This document shows, piece by piece, positions 17,938 to 28,317 of a stretch of 64,000 nucleotides of DNA. Source of the DNA: Minisyncoccota bacterium (GTDB lineage: Bacteria > Patescibacteriota > Minisyncoccia > Phycocordibacterales > JABAAK01). Location of the stretch: positions 295,671-359,670 of the forward strand of contig OZ244141.1 in the NCBI GenBank assembly GCA_965216295.1. Reading direction: 5' to 3'. The notes beneath the pieces are model-generated. The model had not been told where the DNA came from. It ran no database searches and was given only the letters and a program-made list of their open reading frames with translations. The position numbers and the translations under genes were made by a program. The stretch's first letter is position 1; every line of letters starts with the position of its first letter.

Positions 17938-20388
17938 ATGGCTAAAAAAGACGACATACAGAAACAACCACAAGGAGTAGTCCAAGAAGATATAAGCACT
18001 GAGATGCGTAAAGCATATCTCGACTATGCGATGTCCGTCATTACCACCCGAGCGCTCCCAGATATTCGAGATGGTCTTAAGCCAGTGAATCGTCGCATCC
18101 TCTACGCTATGCATGGTATGGGATTACGATCAACGGTGAAGACAAGAAAATCTGCAGCAGTAACTGGTGAGGTACTTGGTAAATTTCACCCTCACGGTGA
18201 CAGTGCGGTATATGAAGCAATGGTCAAGTTAGTGCAACCATTTACCACTCGGTATCCCCTCGTTATCGGACAAGGAAACTTTGGATCAATTGATGGTGAT
18301 AACGCTGCTGCTGCTCGATACACTGAGGTGAAACTATCAAAAATAGCAGAAGAGATGGTGGTTGCGATTGATAAAGAGACCGTACCGTTTCGTCCAAACT
18401 ATGAAAACACACTGAAGGAGCCTGTGGTATTACCTGCAATACCACCGTTGCTACTGCTCAACGGAACGCTTGGTATTGCCGTTGGAATGGCAACAAACAT
18501 TCCACCTCATAATCTACGAGAAATCTGTGAAGCGACACTGTATCTCATTGAACACCCACAAGCAACCACAGAAGATATCATGCAATTCGTACAAGGTCCT
18601 GACTTTCCACTCGGTGCTGTTGCGTACGATACTAATGCTATGAAACAAGTGTATGCCACAGGGCGAGGCGGTATTATCGTTCGTGGAGAATCAGAAATAG
18701 TGGAGACACCCAAAGGCACTGCCATCATCATTACTTCAATTCCATACCGAGTGAATAAGTCTGAGTTAATTGGAAAGATAGGCACATTGGTGCGTGATAG
18801 AAAGATAGAAGGAGCAAAAGATTTGCGAGATGAATCGACTGAAGATATTCGCATTGTATTGGAATTGAAAGGATCGGCACAGCCATACCGTATTCAAAAT
18901 ATACTCTACAAGCACACACAACTGGAAGATGTTTTTCACTACAATATGGTGGCACTCATTGATGGGGTTCCACAAACAGTCAACTTACAGACACTCCTAC
19001 AAAGCTACATTGGTCACCGTCGTATTGTGGTGGAACGTCGCTTTACCTTTGAATTGAATCGCGCAAAAGAACAAGAACATATATTCAGTGGATTAAAAAA
19101 AGCACTTGATCACATTGATGCCATTATCTCTCTCATACGAGGATCAAAAGATGTTGCAACTGCACGGAAAGCATTAATGAAGAAATTTTCATTTTCTGAG
19201 AAGCAGACACAAGCTATTCTTGAGATGAAGTTGCAGAAGCTGGCTGGTCTTGAGCGAAAGAAAGTGGAAGATGAATTGAAACAATTGCAAAAAACAATAG
19301 CAACTATTGAAGCAATATTGAAGAGCAGTAAAAAGATTGATGCAGAAGTTTCTAAAGAAATAGTTCATCTTCGCGATACGTATGGTGATGATCGTCGTAC
19401 TAAAATTGTTCAACAAGCACCAGGAACTATTGCCCACGATGACCTTATCCCTGAAACATTGTGTATGCTCATGATTACTGAAGGGGGATATATCAAAAAG
19501 ACAGCATACGATGCCTATAAAAAACAAAAAAGAGGTGGTATTGGTACCAAAGGTGCTGAATTGAAAGCAGAAGATTTCACTACAATATCGCTGAGTGCTC
19601 ATTCACACGACACTCTCTTCTTCTTTACCGATCGTGGCAAGGTGTACAAGTTAAAGACGTATGATATTCCAGAAGGGAAGCGTACTTCGAAAGGTCGTGC
19701 TTTAGTTAATTTCATTGGTATTGATACTGATGAGCGAGTAACATCAATTGTTCCTGTTTCAAAATCCATTGAAAAAAAAGGATACCTTTTGTTTGTCACG
19801 AAAAAAGGGGTGGTAAAAAAAGTTGCGGTAAAGCAGTTTGATAACATTCGTAAAACTGGCATCATTGCAATTTCACTTGAATCAAAAGATCAACTCGTTA
19901 GTGTGAATTTACTCTCAAGTGAGGATGATGTTTTTCTCGCAACTGGCAAGGGAAAATCTATTCGTTTCAAAGGAAGTGATGTTCGTGCAACGGGAAGGGG
20001 TGCAAAAGGAGTGCGGGGCATTATGTTACAAAAAGACGATACAATCATTGGCGGATTAATACTTCCCAAAGAGGTCAAAGAGAATGTTAAGATTTTAATT
20101 GTTTCTGCCAAGGGATATGGGAAACAAACTAAAAATAATGCGTTTAAAGTGCAGAAACGCGGTGGTTCTGGTATTAAGGTCGCAGACATTACAGAGAAAA
20201 CGGGGCGACTCATTAGCGCACACATGGTCGATGATGCAGGTGCCGATATGGTTGCCATGTCACGAAAAGGGCAGATAGTGCGTTTCAGTACCAACGAAGT
20301 GCCAACACAAGGAAGGCAAACCCAAGGGGTGCGCATCATGCGTTTGCGAGGTGATGATACTGTGACATCTTCAAACAAGTTACAATAA
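17938..20388 (+). CDS. gyrA: DNA gyrase subunit A
   Basis: [26 protein letters not shown], GyrA-box QKRGGIG, C-terminal pinwheel repeats. Confidence 0.98.
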   Translation: MAKKDDIQKQPQGVVQEDISTEMRKAYLDYAMSVITTRALPDIRDGLKPVNRRILYAMHGMGLRSTVKTRKSAAVTGEVLGKFHPHGDSAVYEAMVKLVQPFTTRYPLVIGQGNFGSIDGDNAAAARYTEVKLSKIAEEMVVAIDKETVPFRPNYENTLKEPVVLPAIPPLLLLNGTLGIAVGMATNIPPHNLREICEATLYLIEHPQATTEDIMQFVQGPDFPLGAVAYDTNAMKQVYATGRGGIIVRGESEIVETPKGTAIIITSIPYRVNKSELIGKIGTLVRDRKIEGAKDLRDESTEDIRIVLELKGSAQPYRIQNILYKHTQLEDVFHYNMVALIDGVPQTVNLQTLLQSYIGHRRIVVERRFTFELNRAKEQEHIFSGLKKALDHIDAIISLIRGSKDVATARKALMKKFSFSEKQTQAILEMKLQKLAGLERKKVEDELKQLQKTIATIEAILKSSKKIDAEVSKEIVHLRDTYGDDRRTKIVQQAPGTIAHDDLIPETLCMLMITEGGYIKKTAYDAYKKQKRGGIGTKGAELKAEDFTTISLSAHSHDTLFFFTDRGKVYKLKTYDIPEGKRTSKGRALVNFIGIDTDERVTSIVPVSKSIEKKGYLLFVTKKGVVKKVAVKQFDNIRKTGIIAISLESKDQLVSVNLLSSEDDVFLATGKGKSIRFKGSDVRATGRGAKGVRGIMLQKDDTIIGGLILPKEVKENVKILIVSAKGYGKQTKNNAFKVQKRGGSGIKVADITEKTGRLISAHMVDDAGADMVAMSRKGQIVRFSTNEVPTQGRQTQGVRIMRLRGDDTVTSSNKLQ

Positions 20389-20394
20389 TTGTGT

Positions 20395-21696
20395 ATGGCT
20401 CAAAAAAATACATTTAGCATTGTTTTAACAGCTATTTTTGGCGTCCTCTTACTTGTTGGTTTTGCTAGCTTTGCTCTCTTTGGAAAAGTTAATCCTCCTG
20501 ATGCAGCAGGAGATAGTATTCTCTATCGAGTGCATGTTTGGGGAACACTGCCAGAGTATGTTTTAGAACCAATTATTGAAATATTAAATAGTCAGGAAGG
20601 AGCTAGTTATAGCGAAATTGTTTATTCTCAAAAAAACCCCAAAACGTTTATAGAAGAATATGTTCGTGCCATTGCTATTGGCAAAGGACCATCACTTGTT
20701 TTACTTCCACATGAAGTATTGTTGCAAAATCAGGATGTTTTACAATTAATACCGTACAATTCGGTGGTACCGAGATCTGAATATGAGAATCTATTTATCT
20801 CTGCGGCAGATGTTTTTTGGAAAGACAAAGGTGCTCTTGCCATACCATTTCTTACTGATCCACTTATTCTGTACTATAACGAGAATATTAGAATTAAGAG
20901 TCGTATTCCAGATATCACAGAATATACATGGGAGATGTTTACTGCTGATTCTGTGTTCAAAAATGCGATACAGCGCGTTGGCACATCGGTACATCAAGCG
21001 TTATTTCCATTCGGTGTGGCAGGTAACTATGCTAACGTTGCCGACGTGTTCACGACATTGATATTGCAGGTACAATCAACTCAGTCAAGAACAGGAATTT
21101 CAGATGTTTTCTCATTTTTTGAAACATTCGCTAATCCAAAAAGTCCATTGTATACCTGGAACGCATCACTTCCTGAGGCGCGAAACATGTTCATCTCTGA
21201 GAAATTACTTTTTTATATTGGTTTTGCGAGTGAGTATGAGAGTATTCGAAGGCAAAACCCCAATCTTGTCTTTCGGGTTGCGGTAGTGCCACAGATAGCT
21301 GAAGGGGCTACTCGTCCAAGTACCTTCACTCGTCTCCATGCATTTGCCTTACCAAACAGAGTACAGATACCTGATGCAGCACTTCAAGCAGCATACGACA
21401 TACTTCGTTCTGTACTTACTTCAGCAAGAGGTGGCAAGGCACTTGAAGAAGAGCGGAAGCAGATAACGGCATTTTTTTCTATACCACCGGCGGTACGTGA
21501 TTTTACTCCGCCAGCAGACGCACCGTATTACTGGAATATTTTTGCACGGTCTGCACAAATTGGAGAAACTTGGTATGACACACAGCATATCCAAAGTAAG
21601 GAAGAGATTATTAATGCTATTAATGCTTTTAACAAAGGAGCAGCATCAATTGGTGAAGCGGAAAGATTACTACCTAAAGGATTAGTTAATAGGTAA
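20395..21696 (+). CDS. Membrane-anchored extracellular solute-binding-protein-like (family 1)
   Basis: N-terminal TM, VWGTLP, G.GP.L, AIPFLTDPLILYYN, YTWN, VAVVPQ. Confidence 0.7.
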   Translation: MAQKNTFSIVLTAIFGVLLLVGFASFALFGKVNPPDAAGDSILYRVHVWGTLPEYVLEPIIEILNSQEGASYSEIVYSQKNPKTFIEEYVRAIAIGKGPSLVLLPHEVLLQNQDVLQLIPYNSVVPRSEYENLFISAADVFWKDKGALAIPFLTDPLILYYNENIRIKSRIPDITEYTWEMFTADSVFKNAIQRVGTSVHQALFPFGVAGNYANVADVFTTLILQVQSTQSRTGISDVFSFFETFANPKSPLYTWNASLPEARNMFISEKLLFYIGFASEYESIRRQNPNLVFRVAVVPQIAEGATRPSTFTRLHAFALPNRVQIPDAALQAAYDILRSVLTSARGGKALEEERKQITAFFSIPPAVRDFTPPADAPYYWNIFARSAQIGETWYDTQHIQSKEEIINAINAFNKGAASIGEAERLLPKGLVNR

Positions 21697-21732
21697 TGAA
21701 ATGTAACATACATACTATATACTGCAGGTATT

Positions 21733-22083
21733 ATGATTGAGATTTATGCACATGGAGCAACGGTAAACAATCCAATACAGGCGAGTAGTTTTGAGAGTTT
21801 AACGTTGAAAATCCTTGATGGAGTGGTTGACGTTCTAATTCCTTTTATGATTTTAGCGGTTGTGTGGACAGGCACACTACTGGTCTTTTCGATAGGAAAA
21901 CCAGAAGCTATGGTTCGCAGTCGTAATCATTTACTCTGGACATTGATTGGTTTCATTATTGTACTTGCGGCAAAGGGTATTCTCAAAGTTGTTGAAACAA
22001 CAGTGAAAGATGTGCAAGAAATAGCGGTTGTTTATATCAATGAAACAGTAGTACCGCATACATTACAAAACAGGTATGTATAA
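21733..22083 (+). CDS. TrbC/VirB2-like pilin 1
   Basis: NPI motif and two hydrophobic helices separated by G.PE...R..LLWTLIG. Confidence 0.75.
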   Translation: MIEIYAHGATVNNPIQASSFESLTLKILDGVVDVLIPFMILAVVWTGTLLVFSIGKPEAMVRSRNHLLWTLIGFIIVLAAKGILKVVETTVKDVQEIAVVYINETVVPHTLQNRYV

Positions 22084-22399
22084 TATATTTCATAATCGAT
22101 TTATCATTTGTTGTTCAGGTTTGTTTTTTTTTGTGATGAGCACGGTGTTGGCTTTTGCACAACCAACACTCCAAGGCATTGCTGACACGATAACCGGTCT
22201 TTTTGCGTTTGGATTGATACCTCTCGCAATGGCACTTCTTTTCCTTTTCTTTTTCTGGAATATAGCGGTCTTTTTGTTTAGAGAGGGAGACTACAAAAAA
22301 CGAGCAAAAGAAAGACTCTTATGGTCAATTGTTTGGGTATTTATGCTATTTTCACTATATGGGTTTGTTATCGTTTTACGCATTTTATTCACTTATTAA
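22076..22399 (+). CDS. TrbC/VirB2-like pilin 2
   Basis: Signal ending VLAFAQ, then FFFW...AKERLLWSI helix pair. Confidence 0.7.
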   Translation: MYNIFHNRFIICCSGLFFFVMSTVLAFAQPTLQGIADTITGLFAFGLIPLAMALLFLFFFWNIAVFLFREGDYKKRAKERLLWSIVWVFMLFSLYGFVIVLRILFTY

Positions 22400-22533
22400 T
22401 GACGCATATACAGTATGGTTAGAGTATGGATTTTAGAATTCCACACTCTCTATCTCTCTTCTAGATCTACCTGGTATACTATAAGTATTGATTGGTTAGG
22501 TGTGTTTATTAGATTTACGTAGTTACTATAATT

Positions 22534-22947
22534 ATGAAAGTTGGTGTATTTACTATTAAAAAAGATAGTTTAATCTATTCTTTATTCTTTACAATTCTCT
22601 TGTTTGTATTGCAAGTGAGTTTTGTGTTTGCACAAGGTGAACTTGATCGTTTTCAAGAGACTCTTGAAGATGTATCAAATCTTGTTAATACCTCGTCATT
22701 TATTGCTATCGGTCTCGCCTTTCTTTTCTTCTTTTGGAATTTAGCAACGTTTATTCTTTCGGCTGATACTGAAGCCAAAGAAACAGCGAAGGGGAAAATG
22801 GGTTGGGCTATTATTGCAATCTTTGTTATAACTGCCATTTGGGGAATTGTTGCTTTCATCGGTGGTGCACTTGGAATAGATCCTGAAGAAAAAGCGAACG
22901 TATTCGACTTACCTGCCTATGGAGCATCTAGCGTCCTTGGAAATTGA
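22534..22947 (+). CDS. TrbC/VirB2-like pilin 3
   Basis: Signal ending VFAQ; LAFLFFFWNLA...AKGKMGWAIIAIFV..IWGIV. Confidence 0.75.
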   Translation: MKVGVFTIKKDSLIYSLFFTILLFVLQVSFVFAQGELDRFQETLEDVSNLVNTSSFIAIGLAFLFFFWNLATFILSADTEAKETAKGKMGWAIIAIFVITAIWGIVAFIGGALGIDPEEKANVFDLPAYGASSVLGN

Positions 22948-23116
22948 TATCTTATTCTGTATTTATGCTCGTTTGTTGAATGGGTGGGTGTAGTGAATTT
23001 TGAGAATCTGGTTGGGAGAGAGGGGTGTAGGTAGCATTTTTCATGTTTTGATTTTTACTACCCCTCTTTCATCCCTGAGAGGGTGTGGTCACCATTGTGT
23101 GCCGTATAATGAATAT

Positions 23117-23662
23117 ATGCTAGCGAGTTGTGTTTATACAAAAAATAGAGTAATAGTGATTGTTGCTGTATCTGTGAGTATATTTTTATATTTTCTTGCT
23201 AACATGGTCAGCGCTGCTCCGGCACCACCACCAACGGCAGTTGACGAAGTTACTAGAATAACGGATGTTGTACGAGGGATTATAGTTTTGGTTAATATTC
23301 TTTCTTTTATAGCAATTGGTTTAGCTTTTTTATATTTCTTTTACAACCTAGCAACCTCAATATTGCAATCAGATTCTATTGAAAAAAGGGCAGAAGCATA
23401 CAGGAGAACGGTATGGGGCATTATCGCAATATTTATTCTTGTGAGTATATGGGGAATTATGCAATTTCTAGGAAGCCTTATATTTGGAAGTAATGTTTCT
23501 GGAGTATCCTTTGTAATACCGATACCTGAAACAATAAAGACCAAACAAACCCTACGATCAGGGACCGGTACTGATATGAAAGTAGTTAAAGAGGACGGTA
23601 CTGATATGAAAATAGTTAAAGAGGGCGGTACTGATATGTCAGTATCACCAGGTGGTAATTAA
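23117..23662 (+). CDS. TrbC/VirB2-like pilin 4 with a C-terminal 10-aa repeat tail
   Basis: LAFLYFFYNLA...WGIIAIFILVSIWGI. ATG at 23117 follows TATAAT. Confidence 0.7.
   Translation: MLASCVYTKNRVIVIVAVSVSIFLYFLANMVSAAPAPPPTAVDEVTRITDVVRGIIVLVNILSFIAIGLAFLYFFYNLATSILQSDSIEKRAEAYRRTVWGIIAIFILVSIWGIMQFLGSLIFGSNVSGVSFVIPIPETIKTKQTLRSGTGTDMKVVKEDGTDMKIVKEGGTDMSVSPGGN
23566..23638 (+). repeat. 30-bp coding tandem repeat, about 2.4 copies (GTDMKxVKEx)
   Basis: CGGTACTGATATG recurs at 23566, 23596 and 23626. Confidence 0.9.
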
Positions 23663-23700
23663 TAGCTATACAATAGACTGATGATAGATAATAAAATAAT

Positions 23701-23967
23701 ATGTTAGTATTTTCTCAGAGTTTGACAGTTAATGGTTTTGTTGATAACGTATTTACTCATGTCGTTAACCCTGTTATCATTATTCTTTTTTACTTAGCAC
23801 TTTTTTGGTTCGTATGGCATTTAGCACTATATTTACTAAATTCAGAAGATGCTGGAAAAAGAAAGGAGAATCTAAAGCACATACTCTACGGATCAATAGG
23901 TTTGTTTATTATTGTTTCTATACAAACTATTTTCCTTTTCCTTAATAGGCTAGCCGAAGTGGGATGA
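23701..23967 (+). CDS. TrbC/VirB2-like pilin 5
   Basis: VNP.II.LF.LA..WFVW...KR....HILYG.IGLFIIVS. Confidence 0.75.
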   Translation: MLVFSQSLTVNGFVDNVFTHVVNPVIIILFYLALFWFVWHLALYLLNSEDAGKRKENLKHILYGSIGLFIIVSIQTIFLFLNRLAEVG

Positions 23968-23997
23968 TATAAATATTTAATTTTATGTCGTAATGAA

Positions 23998-24084
23998 TGG
24001 TGCCGAGGAGAGGACTTGAACCTCCACGGGATTAATCCCACTTGCTCCTAAGGCAAGCGCGTCTACCAATTTCGCCACCTCGGC
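23998..24084 (-). tRNA. tRNA-Leu(TAG), CCA encoded
   Basis: GCCGAGG acceptor, CTTGC-CT TAG GA-GCAAG, long variable arm. Confidence 0.95.
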
Positions 24085-24094
24085 TTTTTGCATG

Positions 24095-24167
24095 TCCGCC
24101 CACTAGGATTCGAACCTAGGACCTACCGGTTAAGAGCCGGTTGCTCTACCAGCTGAGCTATGAGCGG
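24095..24167 (-). tRNA. tRNA-Lys(CTT)
   Basis: CCGCTCA/TGGGCGG acceptor, ACCGG-CT CTT AA-CCGGT. Confidence 0.95.
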
Positions 24168-24206
24168 TCTGTGTCCATACCGCTTTTGTATAGTAACACC
24201 ATCTAG

Positions 24207-24292
24207 TGCCGGAGGTGGGAATTGAACCCACACACTCGTATTTGAGTACACGATTTTAAGTCGTGCGCGTCTACCAATTTCGCCACTCCGGC
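24207..24292 (-). tRNA. tRNA-Leu(TAA)
   Basis: GCCGGAG acceptor, CACGA-CT TAA AA-TCGTG, long variable arm. Confidence 0.95.
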
Positions 24293-24300
24293 AACACTTG

Positions 24301-24660
<360 letters not shown>

Positions 24661-24668
24661 AGCTATCT

Positions 24669-26210
24669 TTACGTTTTTGTTGTAGTGTTTGTGACTGCGT
24701 CTGGTAATCCAATCACAGTGTCTTGCAATTGAGGTACGGTATCACCTTTGAATTTTGCCGCAAATTGCTCTTTTTCACCTGTGACAGAATCTTGTTTTTT
24801 ACTATGCTGTTCGATGGTTTCAATGGTGTATTCACCAATGGTACGATTCCCTCGCTGAGTGAGTACCTTCTGTCCAGTATGGAAGGTCCCGTACACTACC
24901 TGCATACCACAGATAGAGACACCTTGGTTTTCTTGTTGTTGAAAGAGGCGTATAACGGTTGCTTCGCCTGTTCTTTGTTGTAGTTTAGATTTTCGCAACA
25001 CTTGTTGGCAAATTTCTTGAGACCACTTTGCTACCTCATAAACAGTGGAGAATATGACACAGACAACGTTCAGCCGTTCTATAGTTGCTTTTACTTTTGC
25101 ATCAATGGTGGTATGGAATCCAATAATGTAGGCATGCTCATGCGTCCCTGCGAAGGTAATGTCGTCTTCGGTGATTGGACCGACACCTGTTTTAATGACT
25201 CGAAAGTGTACCTCTGGGTGTGATGTTTTTTCTATGTACTGCATAACGGAGGTTAATCCTCCCGCCGTGTCTGCTTTTAAGATGACGGGTAAGATGCATC
25301 CGGTTTTTCTTTCACCCTCTTTTATTTTTTGTGTATTATTTTTTTCCTCTTCCCATGCTACTTTTTTTGCCACAGCGTCTCGTTTACTATCAAAAAGAAA
25401 AGCCGCTTCACCAATTGGAGGAATAGTATCAAAACCAATAATGCGAATTGGTGTTGATGGGTATGCTTCTTGTATATCTTCACCTTTGTCATTTTGCATC
25501 ATACGAGTTGGTGCCACAGATCCACCAACCACCACAAATTGTTTTTTCGCAATTCTTCCTTGTTGCACAATGACTGTTGCTGCAATACCACTTTTTGCAT
25601 CAATGTCTGCTTCAATAGTCACGCCAATTGGTGATTTTTCAGTAATAACTCCTTTTTGTTTTGTAACCTCATAGAGGTCAGCGGTGAGAAGCACAACTTC
25701 TAAGAGAGAAGCGATACCATCTCGAGTGATTGCTGAAACGCCAACCCATGGAATTGTTCCACCAAGTGATTCAAGAAGTATGTCATGATCAAGAACATCT
25801 TTTTTTACTCGCTCAATGTCTGCGTTTGCTGTATCAGTTTTTGTGAAAACAACAAGAAATGGAATGTCTGCTTCACGAATGGCTCGGTATGCTTCACTTG
25901 TTTGTTCTTTCCAACCCTCCTCTGCAGATATGACTAGTAACGCAATGTCTGCAATACTAATGCCATTTTCTCGTATGTGAGCAAACGCCGCATGACCTGG
26001 AGTATCAATGAGGGTAATGGCACGCATATTGCCTTCGTGAGAGACGGTTATCTCATACGCACCAATGTGCTGAGTGATGTCTCCTGCCTCCTGGAGGGTC
26101 AAATCTGCCTCTCGCAGTGCTTGGAGAAGGGTTGACTTCCCATGATTGATGTGTCCAACGATAGTGACAATAGGTGGTCGGTTGGTTGTTTTGGTTGTAT
26201 GTTGTTCCAT
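24669..26210 (-). CDS. infB: Translation initiation factor IF-2 (no long N-terminal domain)
   Basis: RPPIVTIVGHINHGKST, ITQHIGAY, DTPGHAAF. Confidence 0.95.
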   Translation of the reverse strand: MEQHTTKTTNRPPIVTIVGHINHGKSTLLQALREADLTLQEAGDITQHIGAYEITVSHEGNMRAITLIDTPGHAAFAHIRENGISIADIALLVISAEEGWKEQTSEAYRAIREADIPFLVVFTKTDTANADIERVKKDVLDHDILLESLGGTIPWVGVSAITRDGIASLLEVVLLTADLYEVTKQKGVITEKSPIGVTIEADIDAKSGIAATVIVQQGRIAKKQFVVVGGSVAPTRMMQNDKGEDIQEAYPSTPIRIIGFDTIPPIGEAAFLFDSKRDAVAKKVAWEEEKNNTQKIKEGERKTGCILPVILKADTAGGLTSVMQYIEKTSHPEVHFRVIKTGVGPITEDDITFAGTHEHAYIIGFHTTIDAKVKATIERLNVVCVIFSTVYEVAKWSQEICQQVLRKSKLQQRTGEATVIRLFQQQENQGVSICGMQVVYGTFHTGQKVLTQRGNRTIGEYTIETIEQHSKKQDSVTGEKEQFAAKFKGDTVPQLQDTVIGLPDAVTNTTTKT

Positions 26211-26302
26211 TTGATAAGTATATCTCTCCCATGCCGTTTATACAAACAGATAGTGTTGTAGAGAGGTGTCGTATTCAGAGAATAGTGAGATATACTGGCA
26301 CT

Positions 26303-27490
26303 ATGTTTGGCGGTAGCTATGTGTACCTTGATTCTGGTTCATACACACCAATTGCTCACAAAGTATACAAAAGAATGCAGGAGGTGTTGAAGTTGCAACA
26401 AGGAACAAAGATTGCAAATCCAATCGCTGTTCATACAGCAGGACGAGCGGCAAAGAAAATTGTTGATGATGCCGCTGTTGCGATAGGGTATGGGCTTGGT
26501 GTTTCTGCTGAAAACGTTTTTTTTACTTCCGGTGCGACTGAGGCAAATGATCTTATTATACGAATAGCAATGAGTACAGCGATTAGTAAAGGGATTGATA
26601 CTTCTACAGCACAGGTGGTGGTGAACAGTACAGAGCACGAATCGGTTATTCGTACTGCACGTTCCTGCGCTCACATGTTTGGTAGCAAAGTATGTTTTGT
26701 TGAACCAGATAGTAATGGCTACATACAACCTGAAGCACTTCGTCGAGTACTCAATGACAAAACAGTGTGTGTCAGCATTCAGTATGTCAATAGTGAAACA
26801 GGAGTAGTTCAACCAATTACCAAACTCACTGAAGTGTGTCGGAATTACAATAGCAATATCATATTTCACACCGATGCCGCACAAGCAGGCATCTACTATC
26901 CTTACACACTTTCTGGATTACACGTTGATGCTATTACCTTAGATGGTACTAAAGTATTTGGTCCTCAGGGCATTGGAGTACTTGCGTTTCAAAAACACAC
27001 ACAATACACTGGCAAATCTGGTGAATCAGTTGGATGGGATAAACGACCTGGAACACCATCAGTCGCTTTAATTGCAGGTCTTTCTGTTGCATTCACTCAC
27101 GGTCACAAAAACCGAAAAGTGTTGGTAAAACGATTACAAGAAAAACGTTGGCAGTTAGTTGAGACGCTCGCTTCAGTAACACCAGATGCAATGGTTTCTG
27201 GTACAAAAAGACGTGTTGCAGAGGTACGACAAAATCACTTACAAAATATAGCACCACACATTCTTGCCATTTCATTTCCTCATGTGAATCATGAGTATCT
27301 ACTAACATTACTAGATCAAGAAGGATATGCCGTGAGTGGTTGGTCTGCGTGTGCTCGTAAAGATATTCATTACAAGAAAGCAGAAAGTATTCGTGTGTCA
27401 ATTCTTCCGACAACAACGAAACAACACATTCGTGGTTTTGGCAAGGCACTTATTCGTGTATTGCCACTAGCACAAAAAGGTACCATTTGA
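26303..27490 (+). CDS. iscS: Cysteine desulfurase (IscS/NifS group I-like)
   Basis: YLD...TP, FTSGATEAN, EHESV, NSETG, HTDAAQ, PLP Lys in DGTKVFGPQGIG, catalytic SAC. Confidence 0.8.
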   Translation: MFGGSYVYLDSGSYTPIAHKVYKRMQEVLKLQQGTKIANPIAVHTAGRAAKKIVDDAAVAIGYGLGVSAENVFFTSGATEANDLIIRIAMSTAISKGIDTSTAQVVVNSTEHESVIRTARSCAHMFGSKVCFVEPDSNGYIQPEALRRVLNDKTVCVSIQYVNSETGVVQPITKLTEVCRNYNSNIIFHTDAAQAGIYYPYTLSGLHVDAITLDGTKVFGPQGIGVLAFQKHTQYTGKSGESVGWDKRPGTPSVALIAGLSVAFTHGHKNRKVLVKRLQEKRWQLVETLASVTPDAMVSGTKRRVAEVRQNHLQNIAPHILAISFPHVNHEYLLTLLDQEGYAVSGWSACARKDIHYKKAESIRVSILPTTTKQHIRGFGKALIRVLPLAQKGTI

Positions 27491-27524
27491 AAAACTGTCA
27501 ATCTCACTATATACTGAATACAGT

Positions 27525-28316
27525 ATGTCTTTAGATGAACTGAATAATTCACAGATTGCACTGTTATCCCTGTTGATTTCCTTTGTGGTTGGGGCTGCTA
27601 TGGCTGTTGCCGTATTGGCAGTTTTGATTGATGATATCGTACCCAAAGAAGAACCACAAGGTCAAACGGTTATTAAACAGACAGTTAACCGTATCATTGA
27701 GCGAACAACAACAACTCCAGCATCAGTTGTCGTTGATACGGAGGAGGAGAAAGTTACATTAACAGAGAGAGATTCGCTTTCTCAGACAACAGATCGATTA
27801 AAAAAAGCATTGATACCAATTTCATATAGAGGGTCAAGTGAAACTGTTGGTATTTTTCTTTCTCCCACAGGCGTCATACTCGTACCCAAAACACTTTCAA
27901 TAAACAGAAAGTACACTATTTCTGTGGGAGATACCACACACGAATATGCGGTTACACAAACCACTCCCCAATACTCACTCATAGAGTCAGTTGAACCACT
28001 TGCCGTGGCGGTGTATCTTTCACCTCAAGATGAGGAGGTGTTGCTTGGTATGCCACTTCTTCTGTACGGTGGTATTGATGATGATGAACGACTCTTCTTT
28101 TCAACAGTTTCTCAGGTTGAAGGAGGGAAAGAAGGAGTTACCCGATTCCGTGTTGATGTTCACAATCCATACATCGCCATCCCATCAGTTGTTGTTATCA
28201 ACGGCAAGGTCAGTGGCTTTTTAACAAATGAGAAAATGCAGTGGGTACAGAGCATACCGAAAGAATTTTTTGAAACCATCACATCACTGACAGCTCCACC
28301 AATAGGACAAACATAA
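27525..28316 (+). CDS. Single-TM protein with a degenerate trypsin/HtrA-like domain
   Basis: L..SQI.LL.LL.SFV N-terminus, [29 protein letters not shown]. No GNSG catalytic motif. Confidence 0.5.
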   Translation: MSLDELNNSQIALLSLLISFVVGAAMAVAVLAVLIDDIVPKEEPQGQTVIKQTVNRIIERTTTTPASVVVDTEEEKVTLTERDSLSQTTDRLKKALIPISYRGSSETVGIFLSPTGVILVPKTLSINRKYTISVGDTTHEYAVTQTTPQYSLIESVEPLAVAVYLSPQDEEVLLGMPLLLYGGIDDDERLFFSTVSQVEGGKEGVTRFRVDVHNPYIAIPSVVVINGKVSGFLTNEKMQWVQSIPKEFFETITSLTAPPIGQT

Positions 28317-28317
28317 T

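Noticed and set aside
23566-23638. 30-bp repeats as a CRISPR array
   Set aside because: The units are contiguous, have no unique spacers, are in frame in a CDS, and no cas genes are present.
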